DNA from: Felis catus | Taxonomy: Eukaryota | Length of the DNA: 64,000 nucleotides | Assembly (NCBI RefSeq): GCF_018350175.1 | Contig: NC_058368.1 | Coordinates: 161,326,001-161,390,000, forward strand | Direction of reading: 5' to 3' | Part shown: piece after piece, positions 1 through 13,086 of the stretch | How positions within the stretch are numbered: position 1 is the first letter of the stretch | Layout: every line of letters starts with the position of its first letter | Notes under the pieces: model-generated | Seen by the model: the letters and a program-made list of their open reading frames with translations, nothing else | What the model was told of the DNA's origin: nothing | Databases searched by the model: none | Translations under genes and position numbers: made by a program

Positions 1-1348
1 CAAAACCCATAAAATATGTAGGGAAAAACCTAACCAAAGAGGTAAAACATCTATAAACTGAAAAATATAGGAAGGTTATCAGAGAAATTAGAGACACAAT
101 GAAATGGAAACGCTCATGGATTGGAAGAACAAATATTGTTAACGTTTCTATACTACCTAAAGCAATCTACACATTCAATGAAGTCCCTATCAAAATAACA
201 ACAGCACTCTTCACAGAGCTAGAACAAACAATTCTAAAATTTGTATGGAACCAGAAAAGACCCCAAATAGCCAAAGTCATGTTGAAAAAGAAAACCAAAG
301 CTGGAGCCATCACAATTCCAGACTTCAAACTGTATTACAAAGCTGCAATTATCAAGACAGTATGGTACAGGCACAAAGACAGACACATAGATCAATGAAA
401 CAGAATAGAGAACCAGTATGGACCCACAAACATATGGCCAACTAATCTTTGACAAAGCAGGAAAGAATATCCAATGGAAGTCTCCAGCAAATGGCGGTGG
501 GAAAACAGGACAGCGACATGCAGAAGAATAAACCTGGACCACTTTCTTACACCATACACAAAAATAAACTTAAAATGGATGAAAGACCTAAACATAAGAT
601 AGGAAGCCATCAAAATCCTCGCGGAGAAAGCAGGCAAAAACCTCTTTGGTCTTGGCCGCAATGACTTCTTACTCAACACGTCTCTGGAGGAAAGGGAAAC
701 AAAACCAAAAATGAATTATTGGGACCTCATCAGGATAAAAAGCTTCCACACAGCAAGACAAACGATCAGCGAAACTAAAAAGCAACCAATGGAATGGGAG
801 AAGGTATTTGCAGATGACATATTAGATAAAGGGTTAGTATCCAAAATCTATAAAGAACTTTTCAAACTCAACCCCCAAACAACAAATAATCCAGGGAAGA
901 AATGGGCAAAAGATATGAACAGAAACTTTTTGAAAGAAGATATTCAGATGGCTAACAGACAAATGAAAAGATGCTCAACATCATTCATCATCAGGGAAAT
1001 ACAAATCAAAACCACAATGAGTTACTACCTCACACTTGTCAGAATGGCTAAAATGAACAACTCAGGAAACAACAGATGTTGGTGAGTATGAGGAGAAAGG
1101 GGAAACCTTTTGTGATGCTGGTGGGAATGCAGACTGGTACAACCACTATGGAGAATGGTATGGAGGTTCCTCAAAAAATTAAAAATAGAACTACTCTATG
1201 ACCCAGCAATCACTACTAGGTGTTTATCCAAAATATACAGGTATGCTGTTTCAAAGGGGCACATGCACCCCAATGTTTATAGCAGTGCTATCAATAATAG
1301 CCAATTATGACAAGATCCCAAATGTCCATCAGCTGATGAATGGATAAA

Positions 1349-1396
<48 letters not shown>

Positions 1397-1889
1397 ATGT
1401 GTATATACACACACACACACACATATATATATATACACATATATATACATACACACACATACATACAATGAGATATTACTTGTTGATCAAAAAGAATGAA
1501 ATCTTTCTGTCTGCAACAACATGGATGGAACTAGAATGTATTGTGCTAAGCAAAATAAGTCAGTCAGAAAAAGACAAAAATATGATTTCACTTATATGTG
1601 GAATTTAAGAAACACAAAAGATAAACAGGGCAAGGGAAGAAAAAAAAAAGATTAAAAGAGAGATAGAGGCAAACCATAAGAGATTCTTGAATACAGAACA
1701 TACTAAGACTTGCCAGAGGGGTGTGGGGTGGAGGAATGGGCTAAATGGGTGGTGGGTATTACAGAGAGCATTTGTTGGGATGAGCACTTGGTGTTACATG
1801 TAAGTGATGAATCACTGGGTTCTTCTCTTGAAACCAATACTACACTGTATGTTAACTAACTTGAATTTAAATAAATACATTTTAAAAAA
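1..1889 (+). mobile_element. LINE-1, carnivore-type, 3' part (decayed ORF2 C-terminal region, 3'UTR, A-rich tail); continues upstream of the window
   Basis: ORF fragments 99-398, 711-1085 and 1399-1608 translate to L1 ORF2p motifs ([50 protein letters not shown]). G-rich 3'UTR at ~1715-1760; AATAAA and A-rich end at ~1870-1889. Confidence 0.93.
1351..1467. repeat. (TA)n/(CA)n compound microsatellite inside L1 ORF2
   Basis: Directly visible TA and CA runs. Confidence 0.95.
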
Positions 1890-4329
1890 GACAATAGCAA
1901 AGATCAAAAAAACTAAGAATTTTTTTTGTTTGAAAAGATAAACAAAATTAACCAACTTTTAGACTATGAAAAAAAACAACACTCAAATAAATAAATGTAT
2001 AAATGAAAGAGGAAATGTTAAATTGATACCACAAAAATAGGATCAAAAGAGATTACTATGAACAATTATATACTACAAATAGGATAACCAAGAAAAAAAG
2101 GATAAAGTCCTAAAAGCATACTATATCTCAATACTGAATCACAAAGAGATAGAAAATCTAAGCAGACCGGTAACAAGTAGGGTGATCGAAGCAGTAAACA
2201 AAAATTAACAAATTAAAGCCCAGAACCAGCTGGCTTCACAATTGAATCTACCAAACATTTTAAAAACAATTCTTCTCAAGCTCTTCCAAAAAAATTGCAG
2301 AGACTTATTTTAGGAGACTAGCATTATATTGATAAAGAAGTATGTAAAAGACAAGAAAATTACAGGGCCATATTTAAAAAAAATACAAGCAAATCGGATT
2401 CAACAGCATATCAAAAGAATCATATACCATGATATAGTAGGACTTATCCTGGGAATAAAAAGATAATTCAATATATGCTAATCAACATATGGGCTCAATT
2501 GCATTAACAAAATGAAGGCTAAAGGCTATATTATTAGCTCAATAAACACAGAAAAAGCATTTGACAAAATTCAAAATCCTTTGTGATGGAAATTATCAAT
2601 AAATTAGGTATACAAAGAATAAATGTCCACATAATAAAGACTATATGTAGCAAGCTTACATCTAACATATTCAATGGTGAAAAGCTGAAAGCTTTTCCTC
2701 TAAAATCAGGAACCAGATAAGAGTGCCCACTTCTATACCATTCAACAATACTTCTATTCTTTTGAAACTATCACTGGAAATCCTAGCCTGAGTAGTTAGG
2801 AAAGAAAAAGAACTAATTGGTATCCAAATGAGAAAGGAAGTCATTAAACTGTCCCTGTTGGTAGATGACCTGATCATATATAGATAAAACCCTCCAACAA
2901 AAATCATTTAAAATTAATACACATATTTAGTAAAGTTAGTGTCCAAAATTAATACACAAAAATCATGTGCATGTCTATACCTTAACAATAAAGCATCAAA
3001 AAATTAAATTAAGACCGTTCCATTTACAAATGCATGAGAAAGAGTGAAATATTTAGTAAATTAAACTACACAGGTAGAAAATTTGCACACTTAAAACTTT
3101 TAGACAGTAATGAAATACATAGAGGAAGACTCAAATAAATAGAAAGATATCCCATGTTCATGGATCAAAAGAATTAATATAGTTAAACTGCTTACATTAT
3201 GCAAAGTAACCTACAGATTTGTTGCAATTCCTATCAAATTTACAATGGCATTATTCACAGAAATAGAACGAATTATAAAATCTGTATGAAATCATAAATA
3301 GACAAACAGATCCCCAAAACCAAAACAATTTTGAGAAAGAACAACAAAGCATCATCACACTTTCTGATTTCAAAAAATATTACAAAGCTATAGTAAACAA
3401 AACAGTATGGTATCTGCATAAAAGCAAACACATAGACCAACAGAATAGAATTGAGAGCACAGAAATAAACTCACAAATCTATGATCAACTAATCTTTGAC
3501 AAGGACACCAAGAATAATAGAGAAACAATAGTCTTTTCAATAAACAGTGTTGGTAAACTGGATAACACTGATTTGGACCCTTCCACCATACATAAAAAAT
3601 AATTTGAACTGGATTAAAGACTTAAATGTAACACAAAAATATAAAACTTCATGAAAAAATGTGGGTAAATTTTTCATTTATATTGGTCTTGGAAATGATT
3701 TTTGGATAAGACACCAAAAAGAAAGTTAACAAAAGCAAAAATAAACAGGGGAGGCTTGATCAAACTATAAAGCTTCTGTACAGGAGAAGAAACAACCAAC
3801 AAGATGAAAAGGCAATCTATGGAATGACCGAAAATATTTGCAAATCATATATCGGATAAGTGGTTAATTTCAAACATATATAGGGGAACTTGTAAAATTC
3901 AAAAGCAAAAATAAATAACTAAACACCCAAATGAAAATAGACAATGGAATTGAACAGACCTTCTTCCAAAGGAGACATACAAATGGCAACAGGTACATGA
4001 AACAGTGCTCAACATTACTGATCATGTGAGAAATGCCAATCAAAACTACAGTAAGATATCACTTCATACCTGTTAGAACACCTAGTATCTCTTTATCTTT
4101 TATCTCTTACATATAAAATGTTTGCAAGAGTATGAAATAAGGGAGTACTTGTGTACTGTAGGAATGTAAATTGGTGTAACCACTATGAAATGCTGTATGG
4201 AGTTTCCTGAAAAACTTAAAAATAGAACTTTTATATGATCCAGTAATTCCACTTCTGAATATATATCCAAAGGAAATAAAATCAATATCTCAGATAAATA
4301 TCTGTACTCCCTGTTCACTATAGAATTAT

Positions 4330-4375
<46 letters not shown>

Positions 4376-4870
4376 AAAGGAAATATTATTCAGTAATAAA
4401 TAAGAAGGAAAGGCTTCCATTTGTGACAACATGGTTGAACCTGAAACACATAATGCAAAGTGGAGTAAGCCAGACATAGAAAGAAATATTGTATGATCTC
4501 AATTATTTGTGGAATTTAAAAAGTTGACACTTAGAAACAGAGAGTAGAACAATGGATCTTGAGCCTAGAGGGTGGGGGAAATGGGGAGATATTGGTCAAA
4601 GTGTACAAAATTTATGTTATAAAATGAATTAAGTTCTGGTCACCTAATGTATAGCAAGGTGATTATGGCTGTTAGCACTGTATTGTGTACTTGAAACTTG
4701 CAAATTGTGTGTATCTTATGTTCTTACCATGCACAGAAAAGCAAGAACTATTTGAGGTGATATATCTATGAATTAACTTGATTATAGTAATCATTTAACA
4801 ATATATACATATATCAAGTCACCATGTTCATACATTTAGAAGAGAAATATCACATTGTACACTAAAAAAA
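1890..4870 (+). mobile_element. Older LINE-1 (L1MA-like), decayed ORF2 plus 3'UTR
   Basis: Collinear degraded similarity to ORF2 of the intact copy (gaaaaagcatttgacaaaattc, gtagatgac at the FADD position, cccatgttcatggat, caactaatctttgacaagg). L1MA-type 3'UTR (ggggaaatggggagatattggtcaaag...). Confidence 0.88.
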
Positions 4871-5042
4871 TGAATCAATAGATGCTGAGAAAAAAATTAA
4901 AACCTTCATTTTTCTCATATAGTTACAAGGCTGTCATCACTTGCACTTGTCTCTTACTCTTTCTTCACTTAGGCTTTCTTTCTCTTCTGAGTAACTCTGG
5001 AAGACAATGACAATCGTTTATCATTTAAAACAGATGCACTTT

Positions 5043-5260
5043 GGGCACCTGGGTGGCTCAGTAGGTTAAGCATCCAACTTCAGCTGAGGTCATGATCTCA
5101 CAGTCTGTGAGTGTGAGCCCCACGTCAGGCTCTGTGCTGACAGCTCAGAGCGTAGAGCCTGCTTTGGATTCTGTGTCTCTCTCTCTCTCTCTGCCCCTCC
5201 CCTGCTCATGCTCTGTCTCTGTCTCAAAAACAAAACAATTAAAAAAATTAAAAAACAAAC
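5043..5260 (+). mobile_element. Can-SINE (tRNA-derived, felid SINEC type)
   Basis: gggcacctgggtggctcag head, (CT)n, A-rich tail; TSD aaacagatgcacttt at 5028-5042 and 5261-5275. Confidence 0.95.
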
Positions 5261-5276
5261 AAACAGATGCACTTTC

Positions 5277-5448
5277 AGGTTGCCTGGGTGGCTCAGTTGG
5301 TTAGGCACTGAACTCTTAATTTCGGCTCAGGTCATGATATCATGGTTTGTGAGTTCGAGCCCTGCACTGGGCTCCATGCTGTCAGCATACAACCTGCTTG
5401 GTATTCTCTCTCTTTCTCTCCCTCTCTCTCTGCCCTTGCCCTGCTGGT

Positions 5449-5499
<51 letters not shown>

Positions 5500-5516
5500 A
5501 TAAATAAATAAACTTC
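5277..5516 (+). mobile_element. Can-SINE, different subfamily, tandem to the previous copy
   Basis: tgcctgggtggctcag head, B-box gagttcgagccc, long (CT)n, aaataaataaa tail; followed by aagacagatgcacttt at 5517-5532. Confidence 0.95.
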
Positions 5517-6663
5517 AAGACAGATGCACTTTTGTTAAGCTCTGCTTACCTCTGCTACTCTACCATATACCATTATACCATTATAGGACTTAATTCTGAA
5601 ACTTCCATTTCAAACAGACATGTTAATTTTGGGGAAAAAAGTAGAAACAAAAAAGAAAAAGAATAAAGGAAAACATATGAAAAAGAAAACAACTGAAAGA
5701 TACTTAATCTTAATTAAGTAATCCTATTAATCCCAATAACACTATTGCCTTTTTTCTTCCAAATATATCCCTTGAAATTCCACTGGGTTTTTTAACTCAT
5801 TAACATTACCATCACAGTATCAATTTTATGGATACCGAATGCTTCAATGTCAAAATTATATCAACATGATTTTTTACCAGCTGATACTCATTTCACACAA
5901 CATAAAAATGAGCATAGTGTATATATTTATATAAGATGAATATAATAAAATTGTAGTACAACTTTCTGTCAAAATAACTGCATACAAGAAAAAAAAACTT
6001 GTTACTTATAATCAATATAAGCTAAATTTAATCAATGATAGGCTAAAATAGTCAAATATTCTTTTGTAAAGGACCTCAAAACATGAGCTGTTAGTATCAC
6101 ATTTTTCTTTTCCTATGGCCCACAAACTGGCTCTAGTCCTTTGTTTCACTGAATTCATCCTTGGATAGTGAATAGAACACATATCCTTGACATAACACAT
6201 GAAGAACTCTGCATACATTTAAAATGGTTTCAGGTTAAATGCATAATTAACTTGGAGAGATTAGCCATTGTAAATTCACAGTACTTTACAATGAAAATGA
6301 AAGTGATTATTTCCTAATATTTTTGAAGAAATAAGGTTGTAGCCACATATATCATGTCAGGGTTTAGGGCTGAATACAGTGAGGAAATAACAATTTTCAA
6401 ATTTTTTTTGATTAAGTCTTCTATTCCCAAAGCTAATTAAATAGAACTTCTGCCTTAGTCTGAAGTATAATGTATGAAAATATGTTGACAGAGTTTGGAA
6501 AATGTGTGATGAAAGAAATGTATACATTTCCATTTACTAACAAAACATAAAGTGTTTTTTTTTTAACTGGTTTTGTGAAGAAATAACCCTTAAACAAAAA
6601 TAACCAAGTCCAAATTTAAACATTTTTCAGTGTAGATCTTAACTGAAGTGGATTATTTGCCTG

Positions 6664-7160
6664 TGTATTAGTTTTCCAATGTGACAAATTACCAAAACCT
6701 TAGTGGTTTAAAACAACACACTTTTATTATCTCAGTTGCCTTGTCCAGGCATAGCTTTACTAGATTCTCTGATAAGATCTCTCACAAGGCTATGTGCAAA
6801 GTCTCCATATGAGCTTCATTTTCAACTGGAAACTTAAAAGGGAATGAATCAATTTCTGAGTTGTAACTGCTGGCCCTAGGTTCTTGCTAGCTGTCAGCTA
6901 GAGGCCACCCTCAGCTCCTAGAGAAAGGTCACTCAGTTCCCCGCCAACTGGTACCTTCCATGGGCATTTCACAACAAAGAAGTTTACTTATTCAACTAGG
7001 AAGAAGACAGCCAGCAAGAAAAAAAGCTTATAAAATGCAATGTAATCATGAGAATGACATCCTTTTTTGCATAGTTTATAAATAAGAAGCAAGTCACAAG
7101 TAAGAGGATTATATAAGAAAGAAAGAATCCCTGGGGTTACCTCAGTGTCTGTTTCCAACT
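6664..7160 (-). mobile_element. ERVL-MaLR solo LTR (MLT1 family)
   Basis: Typical reverse MLT1 end: tgtattagttttcc...acaaattaccaaaaccttagtggtttaaaacaacaca...ttattatctcag. Confidence 0.75.
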
Positions 7161-7432
7161 GGAGTTAGAAAAATCATATATATTTCCAGATTTAAAAACT
7201 AGTAGATGCATTAGTAATTAGGAAGGAAGAAAGTATTTACAAAATACAAAATGCTAGCTAAAGAGGTGCTGCTCTGGTCACATAATTTCTTTCAAATAAT
7301 GCCCTTAGTTTCAGTGAAATGGCTATGGTGGGTCAGTGGTTGTACTATAAAGGTAGAACCTGAATTTAGTCATTTACTCCATTGACTTGCATACAGATAG
7401 AAGACAGACATAGGTATACCCTCTGAGTATCA

Positions 7433-7931
7433 TGTTGCCACAAACTGGTGCAATAATTGTCACTAATTTGTTCATGTCTCCATGTCTCTCCATATCCCTA
7501 CCCTATTGGAATGTTCATGATACACCGACCTTGTACTTGACCATGTGACTTGCTTTGACCAATGAGACAGTGGCAAACATGTCGCAAGCAGAGACTTAAA
7601 TAGTAATTAAGCAGTGGGGCTTGCCTTTTCTCCATTCTTGATATCTGTCACCATCATTGAAACAAACCTGAACGAACCAACTGAACAATGAGAGATTCAT
7701 AACCTACTTGCCTGCTACTCCAGCCAATGGTCAATCAACACTTAAAAGCAGAGCTGTCCACCTGACCAGTTAATGACTGACGATGCATGAGCAGACCTAA
7801 GTTAAGCCATTGTGAGAACTTACCTGCTGAGTCCTACCCAAATTGAGGATATACAGAATCAGGAGCTAAAAAAGTATTTAAGTCTACTGTGTTTTGTGGT
7901 TGTTGGTTAGGCAGCAAAATATAGCCCATAA
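7433..7931 (+). mobile_element. ERVL-MaLR solo LTR (MLT1 family)
   Basis: MLT1 motifs ccatgtgacttgctttgaccaatg, gcagagactt and tttaagtctactgtgttttgtggttgttggttaggcagca. Confidence 0.7.
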
Positions 7932-8002
7932 ATGTATCTATTGACTATATCCAATAATAGTAAGACACACATATATGTATAAACACACATAAATGTGGTG
8001 CT

Positions 8003-8036
8003 GTGTGTGTGGGTATATATATATATATATATATAT

Positions 8037-8076
<40 letters not shown>

Positions 8077-8077
8077 C

Positions 8078-8109
<32 letters not shown>

Positions 8110-8117
8110 CACATATA
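8003..8117. repeat. (TG)n/(TA)n microsatellite
   Basis: Directly visible. Confidence 0.95.
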
Positions 8118-8876
8118 AAACATCTTATCCATAAATATTACTTGATATTGACTATATTTTAGAAAGCAGCTAAATAGAGTAGATACCTTCTTATAAATAC
8201 TTCTTACATTACTGTTATAATTTCCTTTTTTTTTAAGGAACAAAATAACTCTTAGGACTGTGCCCAACAAAGATAATTGTTAAACAATGAAATATTTTGA
8301 AATAGATTTTTATAAAATATTTCCTCTTTTTCTCAAGAAGGAATTGCTGTTGCCTGGTTGTAGTGAGCAAGTCTGTAATCAAACGAATTCCACCAAGAAT
8401 TACATTACTTTACTCATTTTTAGTAACTAGGGCATTCCAGCTGCATTTACAGTGTGTAAGAAAACAAAAATTTAATTAGCTATATTGTGGAAGGGGACAC
8501 AGATGGAGATATTAAAAAAGATGCATACATCAAAGAAACAAAAGTTGCTGTGGTTTTGTTTTTCTGCCAGAAAGGAATTGCTACTTTATCCTTTTATATC
8601 GCAACTAAAAGCAAAGATGTTTGTGGGCATTTTTGAAATATATTCTCAAAATAGTAAAAAGGATTTAGAAAGTACTGAATATCATAAAAAAATTGTATGC
8701 CATTTAACTGGCTTTAGGATTTAAATAAATCCATACTAATTAAATTTAATATATTTTATCTTTTATGGTTACTATTTTTAAAACGTATCACACTGTAATC
8801 TTAACTGCTTCCCTCTGTCTCCTCATCAATAAGATATATGGATGAAAAGTGAATAATTTAGCCATCTAGGTTTTTA

Positions 8877-9116
8877 TTTTATTTTATTTTGAAAATTCTT
8901 TTTTTAAGTTTATTATTTATTTTGAGAGAGAGAGAGACAGAGAGAGAGAGAGACTGTGAATGGGGGAGACAGGGAAAGGGCAACAGAATCCCAAGCAGGC
9001 TCCACACTGTCAATGTGGAGCCCGATGTGGGGCTGGAACTCATGAAACCATGTTACCATGACCTGAGCTGAAAGCAAGAGTTGGAGGCTTAACCAACTGG
9101 GCCACCCAGGCACCCC
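8877..9116 (-). mobile_element. Can-SINE
   Basis: Reverse head gccacccaggcacccc, (GA)n, T-rich tail; TSD ta(g/a)ccatctaggttttta at 8859-8876 and 9117-9134. Confidence 0.95.
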
Positions 9117-10700
9117 TAACCATCTAGGTTTTTAAATGGCAAGCATATTCCCATAATAACCATCATGTAAACACTGAAGGACAATTCTTGCCCTAATAAA
9201 TCTTGCCATATTATTTATTTCAGGATCAATAAGGCTCTTAAAAGAAAGCACTTAAAATATCTCCTAATTCCAATAGTCACCAAATGTCAAAGGTCCTGTT
9301 TCCTAAGTTCCACTTGAATCTATTTTTTCTTCTCCAACTCTATGCCACTTGCTTAGATCTGGTCCTTTCTACATTTGCCTGGACTACTGCATTGACTTCT
9401 TTCCTCCTTTCTTGCTGTATTCTGATATTTGGACATTATATTCCAGCAATACAAAAACATTAGTAGTTAGTTGGATACACTATTTTTGCCTCATAACTCT
9501 ATATATATTTATGTGCCAAAATATCATTTATTATTCACTATGTGAATACCTATTTATCTTCAAAATCTTGGCCTAGATATTTACTCAAATTATATTAAAT
9601 AGTCTTAATGATTTCACAAATGCTGCTCTCTTCTGCATTTATATTTTCTCCATGTTTCTGCAATTGCATCTTATACAAATTGTTAAGGTGATGTAGGAAA
9701 CTGCTTTATCAGTAATGTCAGAAATCTTTCCAAATACTACAGGTAAGCCCAAGCCTCAAAAGATTTTGGAAAATAGACAAAAAAATTAATAAATTTATCT
9801 GTTCAATAATCTTAAGTTCACACTTCATGCATTCTGTCAATAAAATGAATAATTAACAGAATCACATATTTAGCATTTCCATCGAGTGTATAATGACCCC
9901 AATTTTCCTCAGCATCTTCTCCATTTATTTCATATAGTCTCATTTTTCTTGTTCTCCAATACATATTCTAATATATTCTTTAGAAACGTCCCTATTAAAA
10001 GTAAAAACAAAAAAAAAACAAAAAACAAAACCAATTCTGTGAATTTCTTTTCATAGCTTCCCTTTGAACATGACCATGAATACTAAACCTCTATCATTTA
10101 ACCAAGTGATAGCACAGTTCTTTACCTTTATTGATTCGATAAACATCGCAGAACACCAACAATGCAACAGTGTGCACTGAAATAAGCCCTTTAACTTTCT
10201 GTACCTTAAGAAGTTGCGTTTTAGTCTAAGTGAGCAAATACTTAAGGGATGACTTTTTTTTTTTTTTTTTTTTTGCTCTGAGACTTATCTTATACAAGAT
10301 ATTCCTTACCAAGAACAAAAACTCATAAATAAGAAATGTAAAATCTCAGTAATTTTCCAGGTGGTATAGTGTTACTTTCTACTAGGTACTCTAAATCATT
10401 GCTATGAGTTCAATAGATCCCTTCATTGCTGATATCTTCACAGCACAAAGGATAACTGGTTGCTTTAGTTTTTTTTTATATATTTTTAAATAAAATTTGT
10501 ATTTTGATGCCCAATAATATCTAGTATAAATAACAAGGAGAACATAAATATTTTTTTTAGGATCAGGATATGTATGCTTAAGAAATAGTAAATAATAGTT
10601 CTTCTACTAGTGTTTTATCTTTATCTTAGTTTAACTCCATTGAATAATAAGGAAATATAACTTACTTGCTCTTGGAAATACGGTTTACCAATCAGCAAAA

Positions 10701-10875
10701 ATCATAGAATTTTAAGGTTGAAAAAGATCAGTAGATCTACATCCTTCATTTTACAGATAAAGAAACTTGGGTCTAAAAAGAATAAGTGATTTTCTGGTGG
10801 CCATTCCAACAATAGTACTTAGAGAGCCAGACTATGGATGGTTATCTTCTGACTTCAGATTCAGTTTTCTATATG
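10701..10875 (-). mobile_element. MIR SINE relic
   Basis: MIR core-like cttcattttacagataaagaaact...aagtgattt...tcttctgacttcagattcag. Confidence 0.65.
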
Positions 10876-11780
10876 ACTCTTCTTATGCAAATATTTATAT
10901 TTGCATATATGCATATATATGCATATATGACATATTAATGTCATATAAACCATATGACATTTCTTAGTTAGCTTGACCACTGTTATTAGAAGCTACCTTG
11001 TTTCCAATGAATTAAATACCAAAATCCAACCCTCAGTGTTCCAACCTTGGGAGATTCATCTCTGCTTTAAAAACCTGTGGAAGAGCTATTTTGATCACTG
11101 AGTACATCTCTTTGTTTTACTTTCTATAAAGAGAGATCTTTCTTCTCCCCATTGTCCTTTCTAAGCCTTCAGAGAGCTGTATCATTACATTCATGAAGGT
11201 TCACAGTGCTTTGGAAGGATTTTTCTCATCTCATACTTATTCTAACTGTTAAGTTTTAATGATTGATAAAACCACTTATTAAACATATGTATTATATACA
11301 GTATAGTCATCAATGGCTACAATGTCATTGATATTAAGAATATAAACTATTGACTAAACTTAGTAAGCCACTTTGCTCTATAAATGTGAGTAAAGCATAG
11401 GGATTATAGTCCAACAAAATTTTCTGAAGTGAGAGCAAGATATAGCTCTTGATCTAAAGAAATAGTGGTGTTTTGATGAAAAAATTTTGGTTTGACTCTA
11501 TGTATTAATTAAAGAAGTACAAAAATAAACACAGCTCCATTCTCATAGCAATCAAGAGTATTAGATGTTCTATAAAGAAATTAACAGAATATAATAAACC
11601 TCTATTTTCTCCTCAGTTCTCTTGTGTTTTCTTGAAGAAATAAACTTGAGAGACAACCCTAATGGATGCATGAAAATTCATGGTTATTGTAATCTAATCA
11701 TACTTAAATGTAGATAAATATGGCGACAAAACATTTACGAAGAGATGTAAAATGAAAAAAAAATAGGACCAAGAAACTTT

Positions 11781-11980
11781 CTTTTATTTTTTATTTTTTT
11801 AACGTTTATTCATCTTTGAGAGACAGAGAGAGACAGAGCATGAGCGGGGAAGGGGCAGAAAGAGAGAGGGAAACACAGAATCTGAAGCAGGCTCCAGGCT
11901 CCTAGCTGTCAGTACAGAGCCCAACGCGGGGCTCGAACTCACGAACAATGAGATCATGACCTGAGCCACCCAGGCGCCCC
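11781..11980 (-). mobile_element. Can-SINE with internal deletion
   Basis: Reverse head gagccacccaggcgcccc; TSD agg(a/g)ccaagaaa(c/g)ttt at 11765-11780 and 11981-11996. Confidence 0.95.
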
Positions 11981-13086
11981 AGGGCCAAGAAAGTTTTACA
12001 AACAAAACTGAGTTTATATGAGACTAATTACTTTTATTTAACTATCTGTACTATCATTCTAAATTTTTTAACAAAAATTCTTTGCAAATATGTTTCAAAA
12101 AGGTATTTTCATTCTTCATTCTTTATCATTAATTGACTACAATTTTTAAATACCCAGTATTGGGGGATACTGGGAAGATGGCAGCGTAGGAGGACTCTGG
12201 GCTCACTGTGCATCCTGCTGATCACTTAGATTCCACCTACACCTGCCTAAATAGCCCAGAAAACTACCAGAAGACTAGCAGAACAGAGTCTCCGGAGCCA
12301 AGTGCAGACGAGAGGCCCACGGAAGAGGGTAGGAAGGGCGGAGAGGCTGTGCGGGCTACACGGACTGGCGGGAGGGAGCCGGGGTGGAGGGGTGGCCCGC
12401 CGGCCAAGCAGAGCCCCCGAGGCTGGCTTGCAAAAGCAGAGGGGCAGGACAGAGTGTGTTCCGACAGCAAGCGGGACTTGACATCTGGAAGGTTATAAGC
12501 TAACAGCTCTGCTCGGAGAACAGGAGGGCTGGAGGACAATGGGAGGGAGAGTTGTTGAGCCCGGATGACAGAGCTCAGTTTGGCAGGGAACAAAGGCGAT
12601 TGCTAGCACCATCTCCCTCGCCCATCCCCCAGCCAAAATCCCAAAAGGAACCAGTTCCTGCCAGGGAACTTGCTTGTACCATGCAAACACCCAAAGCTGT
12701 GCTTCTGCAGATCCATCCCTCTGGCGGGACTGACTCCCTCCCGGTGCTACAGGGCCCCTCCCGAAACAGATCTCTGAAGGAAAATCAAGCTGAGCCAGCC
12801 CCTCCCACCCCTGTGCACCCTGCCGATCTACGCCAGCTAATACGCCAGATCCCCAGCACCACAAGCCTGGCAGTGTGCAAGTAGCCCAGACGGACCACAC
12901 CACCCCACAGTGAATCCCGCCCCTAGGAGAGGGGAAGAGAAGGCACACACCAGTCTGACCATGGCCCCAGCAGTGCGCTGGGGGCAGACATCAGGTCTGA
13001 CTGCGGCCCACCCACCATTGCAAGTTATTCAAGACAGCACAGGGGAAGTGCCTCACAGTCTCGCACCACTCCAAGGACTATCCAAA

